From positions 58,280,001 through 58,344,000 of the forward strand of contig CM060734.1 of NCBI GenBank assembly GCA_030704615.1: DNA of 64,000 nt, written 5' to 3'. This DNA comes from Takakia lepidozioides. Lineage: Eukaryota; Plantae; Bryophyta. Shown here piece by piece: positions 1-13,181 of this stretch. The notes below the pieces were generated by a model. The model was not told where the DNA came from. It ran no database searches and saw only the letters and a list, made by a program, of their open reading frames with translations. The position numbers and the translations under genes are program-made. Each line of letters begins with the position of its first letter. The stretch's first letter is position 1.

Positions 1-3000
1 TCTATTGCAGTCCTCAAATGTTCACAGCACAACAAACACACCTGCATGCCACGATGACCGTAAGCCCACCACGGAACTTCTTTGATCAGGTCAGCTTCCT
101 CCTTTGGCCGCCCACAACTCAGCCAGAAACGCTCAATGCCGGAAACAAGAAGGCGTTCATTCCCTTGGTCCAAGTCCAGCAAAGAGAGCTCTCCATCTGT
201 GCGTAGAATGATGCACCTACAGGAAGTGTCACATTTATGTGCATTAGAACAGAAGCACACCGAGTGGCCTTCGTATTAAAATATCTGTCTCAAACTAAAA
301 AAACTGTGGTCTAACAGAAGTACAATAATCATAAAGTGAACCAAAGTCTCAGAAGACCCCATGACAACAGGGTTCCCCTTGAGTTTTGAGGGGTGACAAC
401 TGGTGAGCGCTTATGACAACATTCTGCATCTTTTGTATGTTCCAAGTTTAAAAAGGCACAGCAATTTTGGCAGGACAATTTACAAATGACTTGCTTCCAA
501 GCTGATGCTCCACGCCCTCCATATATAAAACAGACGTAGAGGAGCAGATGGTACCTGGTCGGTTGCTTGGACACAGCTTCAGCAGACAACTCCCTCCCGC
601 TGTCAGAATTGGGCCCAGCATGAGGACTATCCCATGCATTTGTAGTTAGCCCATCACCTGCCCCAATATTTGGTACAAAATGCATGGCAGCTGGGGGCTT
701 CCTTGCACTCATAATTGAGAGGTCACGCACTGTGTACAGCTGTGGCACCACACAGATGCTTCAGAGCAGCTTACAAACAGCATAGAATCGAAATGAGGAC
801 TGGCAAGGTACTGGTTCATAGAGGAGACTTCATGGGGACACCATCTATATTTCCTTGCATTACACCAGCAGGTGACTCCAACAATTTGTACCTTCTGGCT
901 CAGACTAACCTGTACAGATGATGCCTTCAGTGGAGACAGTGTGCCTTGGACATGCACCTTGAACACGCAAACGTCAAAGGGAGGACATGTAACCAGAATG
1001 TAGTCTTGCCAGACATCCATAGCTATAGGCTTGCCTAGCAGCTGCTTGCGACACAGCAGCGAGGTTTCATCCAAATGGTAGCGTGGATACAGACTCAGCT
1101 CACACCTGCACTCTTGCAAAATTACGTCAACTCTCACAGAGAGATTGTGTGCACTGTGTTGGGCCTGTAGCATGGATGCAAAGCACCCAGTATAGATATA
1201 CCTCCACCCTTATGGGAACCTATCCACACATATCCAACTTGTTTACTATGGCAGTCACTCTGAGGCATAACGTATGTACATGCACTTAAAGCATGTCTGA
1301 AAGCTGGCTTAGTCTCATGCTAGGAACCAAGAGGTCAAAGAGGCAGGGTGAAATAAGGACACCAGAAGTGTGGTTCTGAGTTCAGCAAGTCTCACGATTT
1401 TGACACCTCCCGGTAGTTGCACAGCACGACTATCTTCCCTAGCCACACGAGACCGACGCAATGCACTTGCCGCTCCTGTGTTACATCCCCAAACACCCGC
1501 CATTTTCTGGTCTGCAAATCGTAAAGAATCAGGCCCTGATGGCCCGCAATTGCAAGATAGGTCCCATCGGCTGCTACATGCATGACTGGCCAATTCACCC
1601 CAATATATGATTGCTGCAGTACCATAAAGACAGTTAGCAAACAAATGACAGCACATCAAAAGATAAACGGATCTTGAAGGTTCTCGTACAATACCTTTAA
1701 CTGCACTAGCGACCTTTAACCAAGCAGCCAAACTACAAATTGGAATGTTGTTCGAAGTCGCTCACTGAGGAACTTAAGGAGAAGGGGCGGGGTGGAGGAG
1801 GCGGGAGACACATGGAGAGCTTAGTCGTGAGACCAAAGCTGATTGTACCTGATCCTCATGAGACCTGCTTAGCAAGAGGGAGGAGGAAGTAAAGATACAG
1901 AGAAAATAGACGCACACAAACAGTCCGGTAGACAAATAGGAGTACACCCCAACACAAACTTGAAGTCACACTTGCAACTCACGGGAATAATAAGATAGTG
2001 GATCTTGAGCTCGTTGTCGTCATCAGACTGAACCAGCAACACTCGATCTTCCCCATGCATTAGCTGCCACACATTGGAAACTCCGACAATGCCACGGTTG
2101 ACACAGCTGCCAGACAAAAGCTCAGGCTGTGACTTGCCCTTAAATTACTTGCCTGCCTTGATACGACTTACCAAGTCAGAACTGCCCACTTTTAAGTGTA
2201 CACCAGGCATCACAACATTTTCTTGTGTGATGCTTATGAAATCAGTGTAAGAGGGACTAGAGACAATGATGCAGAACTCAAGCTCTCATATAGTACCATA
2301 ATGACTCGTTCACACATACGCAGCTAAATAGTAGCTCCCGGTACGAGAAAATGGCTTGAGAATCACCACAGTGCAGTCAGTCAAGAAAACTGCACAGGTT
2401 TTGCTAAAAAATCCATACAAAAGCAATTTCCACCTGCATTGGCAATAGCATGAGCATTGGGTAAGGACAAGTGCGACTCAGCTGGTCTGAAAGACCAGCA
2501 GACACAAATGTGCACTCCAATGTTTCAGAATGTTACGTACATATACATAACATTACATGGACCAATTACATAGATGATTATGTACATTGCATGTACATTA
2601 CATGGATGGTTATTACAATACATACCATTACATACACTAGGGTAGCCTGTGCCGTTGGCCCACGTGTGAAGAATTGAAATCTAAGACCAAGTGCAATTTC
2701 CATCTATCCAAGTGCGTCTCCTATGTTAAGGCCCATCTAAGCCCAAGTGCAATCTCCTATATATCCAAGTGCTTCTCCCAGTAGAGGCACAGGTGCAACC
2801 TTCAGTGTCATTCCAACACTTAATTTTGTGATTTAGTTGAATTTTCAGTGACCAAAATTGTTCACATTTCTATAATTCTCGGCCCGTAGGTCCAAATTTT
2901 GTGAAACCGAGTCGGTGCACCCCTACTCATCGAGGGCTTTCCAACGGTACCAAAATCGTGGCCTCTATCTAAGCACAAGTGCAACCTCCAATGTCCTTCC

Positions 3001-6000
3001 AACACTTGATTTTGTGATTTAGTTGAATTTTCAGCGACCAAAATTGTTTATAATTCCATAAGTCTCGGTCCGTAGCTCCAATTTTTGTGAAACCAAGTCG
3101 GTGCACCCCTACTCATCAAACCAATGTTCTAGTATGAAAATGTTAAATGTGAAAATTTGAAGCAGGCTCCCCTAGGTGGAAGTAATGAACCAAAATATCC
3201 TTTAGAAACCAAACGAGCCCATGAATCCAAGCAGTCTGCTGTCAGGGTTCGTTTGGAGAAACCCAAGTATGGTTCGCACATCTGGACAATAATGTAGTCA
3301 GATTGGATCGTCATAATGTCAGACCAATGCCATCCACATGGCCCAATCTTTCCGTGGAGACCAGAAAGTCTCTAGGTCCTCCAGGTGTGAGAGAACTGGG
3401 GTCTAACCATAAATTCTGCAGACCGTGACTAGTGGACCCGGTGAACTGCCTTTAGTAGTTGGGTTTACTTGTGCCCTAACCATTGGACCACGGAGTCATC
3501 TTCCAAGGGGGAAAGAAGAAAGGAAAAAAGACAGATTACCTCTTAGCAAAGGGAAACTCAAAGAGCCTCATAGCATTCCCTTGTTCCACAGAAAAAAGCT
3601 GGTAGGCATGCTGCCCCCATACCAGTGCAGCTACACCCTCCACCATGGGCTCACTCCTGGCTATATCACTTCCAAAACGAGGGGAGAAAGGTGACTGCGA
3701 ATTGCTCATGCTTCCCTGTCGTATCGTACACATAAGCCGGCATCCAGAGACAGACCACACTGCAAGGCCCCTATACCTCCATCCAACTGCAAGCGCACAG
3801 TTGTCGGGCGTCCAGCTGATTTGGTTCACTGGCCCTGTATCTTCCACTGCATAGCTGTAAAATATAGTAGGCATATAAGGTGTGCAGCGGAGAACAAAAA
3901 CCACATCAAATTTCTTCTACCCCTCTCTGTTCAGAAAGCCCAGCTTTATTTGCAGCGTAAAGATAATGGCTTGGTTAGACTGAAGCAGGCATCACAATGG
4001 GAAGCAACTTGATGGCACGATCTACGCTGCTAGACCAAGTTCAGCATAATTTTACAAAGAAGAAATACAAGACAAAAAAAATGATTATCATTTCACTAAA
4101 GTGTGACATGAATTGGCGAATTTGTGGATTCTCTTCGCCGAAGTGTACTAGTGTAAGTATGCTGGTCACAATACATCGTCAGAAAGAAGAAAAAGAAAAC
4201 TTGAATCCAATAAGCTAACAACGAAATAACTGCTCACCCCCAGTCACACAATGAGATTTTTCGGAGGAGCAATGTACTGTCTGCCAGGTTAAAAAGCTCC
4301 ACACTGCCACGGCGGGTTCCAACTGCCAAAATCTGTCGCTCCTGAGCTATGGAGGCACAAACCGCATCAAATACTCCAACCCACCTCTTTGGGGTGATAT
4401 CATCAGCTTGCTTTAGTCCCTTTTCATTCACAGAACACAAGACCACTGTTCCATCTAGACAGACAGCTACCAAGAGATGTAGCAGCATTGAGAGCTCTAG
4501 CTGGGCAAAGCCACTCGCCCTGCCTCGCCTGCTGATGCCATCAACAAGGGGAGAAAATGCAGGCGATTGATGAGGCGACGCAATCGGGGAACTCATACTG
4601 CCATTGGCCTCCCATAGGTATGTTGCTTCAGCTATGGAAACAAAACCTTGCAAAAGATCCAAGGCCCCAAGAAGCTGCACAAATAAAACAACATTCACTA
4701 CCAAAAGCATTATAGGGAGGGGGAACCCAATAATTAGTGCACTTTTAACTGAAACCTAATTCCCTAAATGAAATCACCGAACTTCAAGTGGGGCCCCCCA
4801 CTATACAACTTACGAAAACTCATACTACTTCAGAGACCCACTCATCATGTGTATTGTTGCAGGCATATTACCCAAAAAGCTGAAGAGCACAAAAGTCTGT
4901 TTGTGGTTTTGGAAGGACAGCAAACTCTACCTCGCCATCCCAGGAAACCAACCGCAGACAGCTGTTGGAAAGCCCCAACACAATGTTAAGATGATCAGCT
5001 GCCGTACAGCTCCTGCACAGATTGGACATTGAAACTTTTATGAATGCCTTGAGGAGCTAATGATGACAAATCCTACATAAGAAATCTAGATGGCCAAATA
5101 CTTGGTAACGACACACAGAACTTAACTTAGTAGTCTTCGCTTGCAAAAGAGAGAGAGACAGTAAATGCAGTGCAGCAAAACTACTCTTGTACACTCATGA
5201 AACAGAATAATTGAACATTCGAAAACCTTCCCATCAACTGCAAAACAGATCCACAGGGTCAATCATACACTGTAACATTCCGATTGAGGAACGAGACATC
5301 TACGCTCAACTGGAACTTCACATTGACAAGTGAGAGTCCAGCAACCTCCTTGCCAGAGAAGCGCAAGTGCTTATCAGAGGCACTTATATTGTAGAAATGG
5401 AGATAGCTCTTGGATGTCTGCAGCCCACAGCATGTATGTCAGGTTTACAAACCATTATGAGAACAACAGGCAGCTTGAGTACTGTACGTCTCATGTCACA
5501 GTTGAAATATCCTTCACAAGGAAACACATCCGTATAAATTCAAACATCATGGTCCAAACACAACCAGCACTGACAATCCACAATCTGCATAGAATTTACC
5601 AGGACAGCAAGTCTCTTGCTGTCAGCACTCCATAAGGCCTGTACATTCACACCCTCCTCTTGCAAGGATGAAGTGTCCCTGCCATATTGGCCCAGCCTTA
5701 TTTTATGCTGCACAGTTCCAAGCGAAAAGCCACCTTGAAGTTAGTGGAAACCCCCAATCGCCTTGTCACTGGATCTAACCAGAACATGGCTCATGAATGC
5801 TAGGCATGCCTGCAAACTGTCTGGCTATGGCGCGAAGAGGGTATGGGACTCTTGGGACCCCCAACATTGCCTAGAAGCTGACTCTGCATCAGTGTGAGCA
5901 TTTCAGTAGGATTAAAACCTGCCCTGGATCTCTGAATTATCCTTTGCTGACTATACCAGCACCTTGTGGCTGATTACGTCATCTGATCATGTTGCATTCT

Positions 6001-6202
6001 TGTTTATGAAAGAGATATTCAGGTTTCATGGTCTGCCTCGTGGGATCTAAACAATATTTGAACATACCTGCGCAGCGCTCAGGATTTGAACATTTGAAGA
6101 CGACACCAGCAGAAGGAAGTCCTCTTGTATGGACAAATTGACAACGGGCTGCGGAGATCCTCCAATGGCAAGAAGTTTCGGCCAGCCATAGGCGACATAC
6201 AT
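1..6202 (-). CDS. RIC1: RIC1 homolog (RAB6 GEF complex partner), multi-exon; 5' part only, gene continues beyond the left edge
   Basis: ATG at 6202 gives MYVAYGWPKLL (plant RIC1 starts MYMAYGWP). Exon 6202-6068 ends at a GT donor; exon 5707-5600 is phase 0. Later exons read LAVGTRRGSVELF, WTPDNCALAVGW..LAVWSVSGCRLMCTIRQ, NWPVMHVAADGTYLAIAG..KWRVFGDVTQE and YPRYHLDETSLLCRK. Not all exon borders were resolved. Confidence 0.92.
2636..3120 (-). mobile_element. Non-autonomous Helitron-like remnant in a RIC1 intron
   Basis: The minus strand ends in an imperfect hairpin (CGTGGGCCAACGGCACAGG) followed by CTAG|T. There are two ~180 bp internal direct repeats (~2786-2935 and ~2972-3118). Confidence 0.6.
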
Positions 6203-6464
6203 GATGGAAGGCGCCTCAATAACGATGTCACACTGCCATGAAACTCATCTCCAAAATTGCAGGACGAGAGATTGTTGCAAGGGACACCAGCGGCCTCCCC
6301 TTCTTCTAAGTACTCCTTGCACCGTGTCAAAGCAGCACCGTGCTCAGTATCACAGGCTTCTTCAGGCTCGTGATGCCGTGTGAGGGATCGTACTAAACAA
6401 CACCTTTCTTTCCTAGACTTGCTTGTGCTAAGTTATTGCTGTTCCAAGTAGGTAGGGAGTGTGC

Positions 6465-7343
6465 CCTAGGTGGGCAAGGACTACGCTTACCCTACCAGTT
6501 TAAGGCAAGCTTGTGAGGTGGTGGGGCCCGCAGGCCTGAGCTTAGGGAGGCTCCGGCAGACTACCTGTCAAATATCTTCCCCCATTGTGAAGGTGAGGAG
6601 CGCTCCACACCTCCTGCTCCCTCCTCACGCTCCCCACCTTTAGGACCATGTTCCCCAACATTCTTCAATTCTGCTCCCCTGTTCCCGGTCCAAGATCCTT
6701 GCTCCCCATAGTTGGGACAGGGAGCGAGCCGCATTCCACAGGGCGAGTAGGGGAGCGGGGTCAGGAACCGGGAGCAAGGAGGGGAGCAAAATCGGGAACA
6801 GGGGAGCGACGTCTGGAACCGGGGTGAGGAGGGGAGCGAGATCAGGAAGAGGGGAGCGAGATCCGGAACCAGGGGCGAGGAGGGGGGCGAGGACCGGGAA
6901 CAGGGGAGCGAGCCACGTTCCATAAGGCGAGGAGGGGAGCAGGGACCAAGAACAGGGGAGCGAGCGAGGACAAGGGACAGGGATAGGGGAGCGGGACTGG
7001 GAACAAGGAGGGGACAGAGGGAACAGGGGAGCGTAGCCACGATCTTGGACTTAGGATTATTTTGGAGATGAAAAAATATAGTAATCAATCCCACGTGCAA
7101 CCTATCAGTCAACAATAAGAACCTCAAATACATCACCTAGCCACCGCACTACCCTCCGCTTCTTGCATTACCTTTGATTTCCTAATGCTTTAATCTACAA
7201 ATACAGGCTAGCAGGTGAGAGGGGAGCAAGGGGGTGGGGATTTGACAGTGCGCCCCGCCGGAACGTAGCTCCCGACAACCGTACCGGCAAGGCTCCCACG
7301 CTTGCATTCAACTCGTCGGGTAAGCTTAGTTGCTCCCCCTAGG
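6465..7343. mobile_element. Degenerate foldback/TIR element with a GGGGAGC-rich core, just upstream of RIC1
   Basis: Left CCTAGG..ACTACGCTTACCCTACCAGTTTAAGGCAAGCTTGTGAG..CTGTCAAAT matches the reverse complement of ~7240-7343 (CCTAGG..ACTAAGCTTACCCGACGAGTTGAATGCAAGCGTGGGAG..CTGTCAAAT). No TSD found. Confidence 0.5.
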
Positions 7344-8016
7344 TGCTGGGACCAAGAAATTATAGATGTAGGTCCTAATTGCTTATCTACGTTTTATTCA
7401 TACTGATGAAGCATAAGCATACCGTAGTATAGGGGCCATTTTGACACAAATTTTAATATTTCAAAGATTGTTGAAAATTTTGGAAATTGATTTTGTGAAA
7501 TTAAATAACTTTGTGAATGATAATAAAGCATCTTTGAGAATATTCCATATGTCAATATGGAATTCTCAAAATAAAATAAATATTCGACATAGGAATGTCG
7601 AAATGGCCTATGTACTACGGTATTGGTTTTCATCGTCTTGAAAAGGCTATTGTCTTCTTCCATATAGGTATATAGATTGTGGACACTTATAAACATCCAT
7701 AACCAATGCAACCTATGGATTATATTCGGACCATTCAATCATTAAAGAATTTTAGTCAATGTTTTAAATCTATGTTTAATATCTTCATATTTAGTGAGAG
7801 ATAGTTTGATACTTTTGGTTACTTTATATGGTTTTTGATATATGATCGGGTTAAACCTTTGGGTATAAAAACAGTCAACCATGATTATTATTGATATTTT
7901 TATAGTTTATTTGTTGGCTCAAGTAGATTGTGCAATAATTAGCTACCTTGTTGGTGTGGTACATTGCTAGCTTCTCCCCCTTGCCTTGGCAATGTCCGTT
8001 TGGCGCCTCATTGGCA

Positions 8017-8236
8017 GTGTAACGCAATCCATGTAATCCCTCGTGTAACTCGCAATGTAATTCACAGTATAACTCATGGCAGTGTAACTCATAGCAGTGT
8101 AACCCATCCATGTAACTCACAGTGTAACTCTTAGGCATGTAACAAACAGCAGTGTAACCCAAACCATATAACCCGTCGTGTCCATGGCAGTGTAACTCTC
8201 AGTGTAATTCACAGTAATGTAATTCATAACAGTGTA
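8017..8236 (+). repeat. Degenerate GTGTAAC motif array (probable subterminal repeat of a DNA transposon)
   Basis: More than 10 copies of (GT)GTAAC/GTAAT. A mirror-orientation array lies at 23417-23730. Confidence 0.6.
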
Positions 8237-8726
8237 TCAGATGGCATTGATGTCTGCGTCTTCATCGTTGATAACAAAAGCATTCGACTTCCAATCTGAT
8301 TTGCTCTCAAGAAGTCGGTCATAGCTGAGACGTCTCATCCAGGGGCTCAGATCAGTAGTTTTTTTTCTCGCGGAAATAATATAAGCAATGGATATGTCGT
8401 TCAGCGATTCGTCAAACACAATCATGGTGTACATTGGGAACTGCAATGTCACAATGGTACAAAATGAATAAAGAGTGTGTCAACTTCTTGGCAACAGATG
8501 CATGGCACTCACATTTCAGAATGCAATGAAAGGATAAGCGTGACACCACTACCTTATTTTCGTTAGTCCCAAATGTTGCATCGCAGGATACCAACGGTTG
8601 TGTCCCAAGTCAATCATTTTATGTTTTTGTCACTCCGCTTGTATTCCAATCACGAACTTCAAATCACCCACCACTGACGTTGTCTCTTTGTGGTAGAAGA
8701 AGACGCTTTTAGGATTGCTATCGACA
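8237..8726 (-). pseudogene. MULE/SWIM-family transposase pseudogene, catalytic part
   Basis: Reads VDSNPKSVFFYH..FVIGIQAE*Q..MIDLGHN..SCDATFGTNENK, then an intron, then FPMYTMIVFD..WKSNAFVINDEDADINAI. Contains stops and frameshifts. Confidence 0.8.
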
Positions 8727-9815
8727 AGGGGATGATATTTTGTGAGCAGACCCCGCGAGCAGAAAATTCCGTGAGCAGAAATCTGCTCACGCTTCAAGAT
8801 CTGCTCACGTATAACCGCGGATGCCTACTCAACTTAGAAGACCTATTATTGCGCAGAGTGGTCAGTATTACAAGCTCGGTTATGGATGTTGTCGGGATGA
8901 ATGGTGGATGAATGTCTGTATGATGAATGAGACATGGATGAATGAAATAAATGCAATAATACAAAGTTGTTTTGTAGTAGTAGCTCCGAAATCCCTTAAA
9001 CCATGCTAGTATTGCTTGCAAATCAATTGTGAAAGTGCACTGTATAGTGCCAATAATGAATCCACATTGCTTTGTTGATTGACGAGGGGTTACTTGTCAT
9101 TTTTCCAGGTATCCAAGGTTGAGAGAGAGGCTCACACCCAAATCTAAAGAAGGTAGAGATGTGAACTCGTGCTCTATAAATAAACGTTTCAAAACACGTA
9201 CTGGGAATTAAGATGTCATTGACGACACCTTAATCCCTAGCACTTGCACACACACCGCCTTACCGCCAAGGCTTGTTTGCCATCAGATTTATTTGGGTTG
9301 AAATTTTTTGGGGTTTTTGGTTTTTCCATGAATTGTCATGTGCCAACTCGTACTGGGAATTAAGATGTCATTGACGACACCTTAATCCTCAGCACCTGCA
9401 CATACACCGCCTTACAGCCAAGGCTGTTCGCCATCAGATTTTTTGGGGTTGAAACTTTTTGGGTGAATTTTTTTTGGGGGTTTTGGTTTTTCCATGAATT
9501 GTCATGTGCCAACTCATACTGGGAATTAAGATGTCGTTGACAACACCTTAATCAAGCACATTCGGGAGAAAAAAAAAAAAAAAAAAAAAAAAAACCCAAA
9601 GATTTTTTTTTTTTTTGACTACTTGCTGGAAATTAAGATGTCGTTGACGACACCTTAATCCCCAGCACCTGCACACACACCGCCTTACCGCCAAGGCTGT
9701 TCGCCATCAGATTTTTTTGGGTTGAAAATTTTTGGATGAATTTTTTTGGGATTTTTGGTTTTTCCGTGAATTGTCATGTGCCAACTCGTATTGGGAAATC
9801 TGGCACATTCAGGGG

Positions 9816-9862
<47 letters not shown>

Positions 9863-11030
9863 ACATGACAATTCATGGAAAAACTAACAACCCCAAAAAC
9901 AATTCACCCAAAAGATAAATGGATGTAGGGTTCTTGCTGACTCAATTTTGCACTAGTTTTCGGGACCTGCCTCAATATGATAGACTACTTTTCCATTTTG
10001 TTTCGTATGCCAGTTGTTCCCATGTGGTGGACGTGGGGGGAATGCGGATTGCAAACCCCGACATGAAACTAATATTATGACAGTTGGGCCTCTTGGAAGA
10101 CGAAACCCGGTGTCATCCTCCAGCATCTCAATTTCTTGCTTCGACAGACATGTTCCCACCTTCACTGGCCACACAGCTGGAATTTGAGGCTTAGTGATGA
10201 CTGAATCCCGACAAGTCCCCATCACACAACGCTGAATGTCATCTGGGCAAAACCAGAACTTGTGAGGCCTGGACTCCCGGGATGAAAAATTGGCATGATG
10301 AATGAACCATGGATGACTGCTACAACATTTATCCTTACCGATCAGCATGTACGCATGGAAACAGGCATTAAGCTGTCCTCAACGCCAGCTTAATTCACAA
10401 CCCCTGTTAGCACATGACAATTCAACCCATGAAAGAAAGAAATGATTCAAAAAAACCTTACCGATAAGCATTTATGTGCAGGGAAACAAGCATTAAGGTG
10501 GTGTCAATGCCAACTTAATTCTGAGGCCCTGTTGACACATGACAATTCAACCTAGGGAAAAAATCCTTAGCGGTAAGCATGTGTGTGCAGGGGCTTGGGA
10601 TTAAGGTGTCGTCAACGCCTTAATTCCCAACAAGTTTTCCAAAAAAAAAAAAAAAAAAAAAAAAAATTCGTACTGGGAATTAAGATGTCGTTGACAACAC
10701 CTTAATCCCCGCCACCTGTGCACACACACCGCCAAGTCTTCTTCGCCTTGAATTTTTTTTGATTAATTTTTTTGGGAGAATTTTTTCGGGGATTTTGGTT
10801 TTTCCTTGAGTTGTCATGTGCCAACTTATACTGGGAATTAAGATGTTGTTGGCGACACCTTAATCTTGAGCACTTGCATACACCATGGTTCATTCATGTC
10901 GCTCATTCTTCATCCAAAAATCATCCAACATTCATCCATTATCTTTTTCATTCATCCGACAGATTTTCATCGCACATTCGTACCATATGGTTGTCATGAT
11001 ACATGAGCTGCTCACATGGTAGCTACCCTC
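8727..11030. mobile_element. Non-autonomous Mutator-like element inserted in the MULE transposase
   Basis: Degenerate TIRs (AGGGGATGATA..TGTGAGCAG / CTGCTCACATGGTAGCTACCCTC) and inverted GGATGA/TCATCC subterminal repeats. Degenerate 9 bp TSD CTATCGACA/TTATCAACC. The transposase frame resumes on both sides. Confidence 0.6.
9200..10880. repeat. Array of ~35 bp palindromic units (GGGAATTAAGATGTCGTTGACGACACCTTAATCCC) with T/A-run linkers
   Basis: Copies at ~9203, 9354, 9521, 9627, 10674 and 10832; inverted copies at ~10368, 10491 and 10598. Confidence 0.8.
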
Positions 11031-11039
11031 TTATCAACC

Positions 11040-11274
11040 TACATTACACGTACACTTTGTGCATTATCTCGGTGTTTTTTGTAACTCTCGATCGCAAGTT
11101 TGTCGACAATGTTTCTCATGTCGTACTCGAATAAGAAACAATCATGACTCCATTCCATGTTTGGCAAGCTTCCTGGAGCTGTTAAGTGTGTTGTGTCATA
11201 ATCATAGTTGGAGATAGACCACTGCGAAGACTATCGACGACCCACTGAACTGAGACGATGGGCATGCATGAATC
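11040..11274 (-). pseudogene. MULE transposase pseudogene, middle fragment
   Basis: Reads HDCFLFEYDMRNIVDKLAIESYKKHRDNAQSVR. Joins 22474 across the LTR element and 8726 across the nested MULE. Confidence 0.75.
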
Positions 11275-11279
11275 GGGGG

Positions 11280-12021
11280 TGTCGCGCACCTCACTTCGGT
11301 AAGCTCCCCTTCAAGTCATAGTTGCTAGCTTGATGCGCGCGTCTAACTCCCAACCTGGCCGCCGGACCAACTTGGAGCTTCGGCTGCTCACCGGGGCATA
11401 ACGGTCCCCCTTTGATCTCCCAAAGAACCCTCCACCGATTCGGAACCAGCGGGAATTCCCTTTGGTAGTTGGCAGTCCGGAACAGCTCCCCACTCTTTGG
11501 TCGCTTTCCGGCTCGCTCGCTTACTCACTAGTTTTTGGTCACCAACAGGCTTGCACCGTTCTCGGGGTTACTACTCCCTATATATTCTTCTGTAGCTGTC
11601 CGCGGGGGTTTCACAACCAGCCATGCCATTTTATGGCGAACCACCACGAAAACCCTCGACTCCCGGTGATGAGTCGTGGTGAGTCTTGGCCCATTCACCA
11701 CGGCCCCTTTGGACCGTGATGAGTCCCAAGACTCCCCACGACTCCCACCACGAGGTCTCCGCCCCCATGGTGAGTCCTATGCCACCCCCACTAAGTCCCG
11801 CTAAGCTACCACCACCCCTTGTGGAGCCACCCCCACCGCAACCCGTTGTGCGGGGCTCCATCTAGTGAGCGCCTCCGCCTCCTTGAGTGTTTTGGACACT
11901 CAAGGGTGCTTCAGCCCCCCCCCCCCCCCCCACCATACCTATCGCTGCCGCTGCCCCCACCACAGCCCCTCATGTGTCCCGACCCCCCCCCCCCCTGCCC
12001 TCAAGGCAAAGGACCGCGACA
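11280..12021 (-). repeat. 3' LTR
   Basis: TGTCGCG...CGCGACA; direct repeat of 21737-22468. A purine-rich tract (GGTAGGGGTGTG on minus) is adjacent at ~12022-12033. Confidence 0.95.
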
Positions 12022-12760
12022 CACACCCCTACCAACAGGGAGTCGATGTCCTCATCGACTTGTCCATTTTGTAGAAACGAACATCCAAGTTGTGGCATCC
12101 CACATCAAGGAGTTTGTTTCCGTACCATGGCGTCCCATGGCAAAGAACCAAACCCCACACTTGACTTTACTCTCCACTAGCTAGTTCGGCCGACTTCTTC
12201 CAAGTCCCGGCCAGGGGTGGAGCCTCTCAAGCTCCTCCCAGTGCACTCTTCTTGGCCTTCTTCAAGGTCAAGGAACGATCCTCCCCGAGGATCGAATCGC
12301 CTTACTGCAACAACATTGCTTGCGATCGCTCTTGATGCCGCTTTTGGCATCACTTTGCGCAAGGGTTCACCTCGAACCCCCTTCGACTAGGAAGATAACC
12401 TTGAACCAACCGTGCGCCCCAATCACTACAATTGGGTCCGTCTTGGAATGCTGGCCTGAGGTACGGGAACACGTCGAAGCCGCACTACGACTTCGTCCCG
12501 AGGCTACACGATTATAGTACGTGAACGGAAGCACATAGCTTCCGCGTTAGCCCGCACTACAAAGCAACCACCTCGGTAGCGCAATTATAGTACGCGCACG
12601 CGCCAGGTGCGCACTAGCACGTGAACTCCCAAAGAAGGCGCATGTTTCCTTGCCCCTTGGATGGGAGTCACCTGATTTCGGCACTGCGCAAACACACGAT
12701 TAACCCAATTTACCTCTCCCACTTTTGTAAGCTAGCATGCATTCTATACACTAGCCAACC

Positions 12761-13181
12761 CCCGGGGGGTGCACTCCTCATTAAATGTACCAGCCACGTG
12801 CGTGCACAGGAGGGGGTATTTTAAACCCCCTCATGTACAACATTATACATACAGAGGGGGGTTTAAAACACCTTAAATATAATTTTACAGGAGGGGGTTG
12901 TTGAGTTTTTAGGGATAGTGTAGTGGTAAGAATGGCGATTCCGCCGCGATGCATCCCGGGATCGAATCGTGGAATCGTCGTTTTGTATGTTTTTTTTTTT
13001 TTTTTTTTTCGCTCCACGATCTTTTTCCCCTGACCTCCCGCGGCTTTCTCTTTTCTTTCTCCTCCTCTCCCGCGTTCGCCTTCCCTTTCGCGGGCTTTCT
13101 CTTTTTCCTCCTCTCCTCTCCCCTCCTCTCCACAGGGCATGGTAGGACAATGTGGTGAGGGCACCAGAATGTGGTGAGGGC
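12761..13181. mobile_element. One end of a hAT-like DNA transposon (TIR CCCGGGGGGTGCACTC)
   Basis: 16 bp TIR identical to 15745-15760. Flanked by AGCCAACC (12753-12760), the reverse complement of GGTTGGCT (15737-15744), i.e. an 8 bp TSD. Confidence 0.8.
12909..12980 (+). other. tRNA-derived (Pol III A/B box) remnant inside the DNA transposon end
   Basis: TAGTGTAGTGG (A box, 12916) and GGATCGAATC (B box, ~12959) at tRNA spacing, followed by T runs. No intact cloverleaf. Confidence 0.45.

Noticed and set aside
6561-7136. 191 aa Pro/Ser-rich ORF
   Set aside because: Translation of the GGGGAGC low-complexity repeat.
9200-10880. CRISPR-like array of palindromic repeats
   Set aside because: Linkers are themselves repetitive, orientation is mixed, there are no cas genes, and the context is a eukaryotic transposon.
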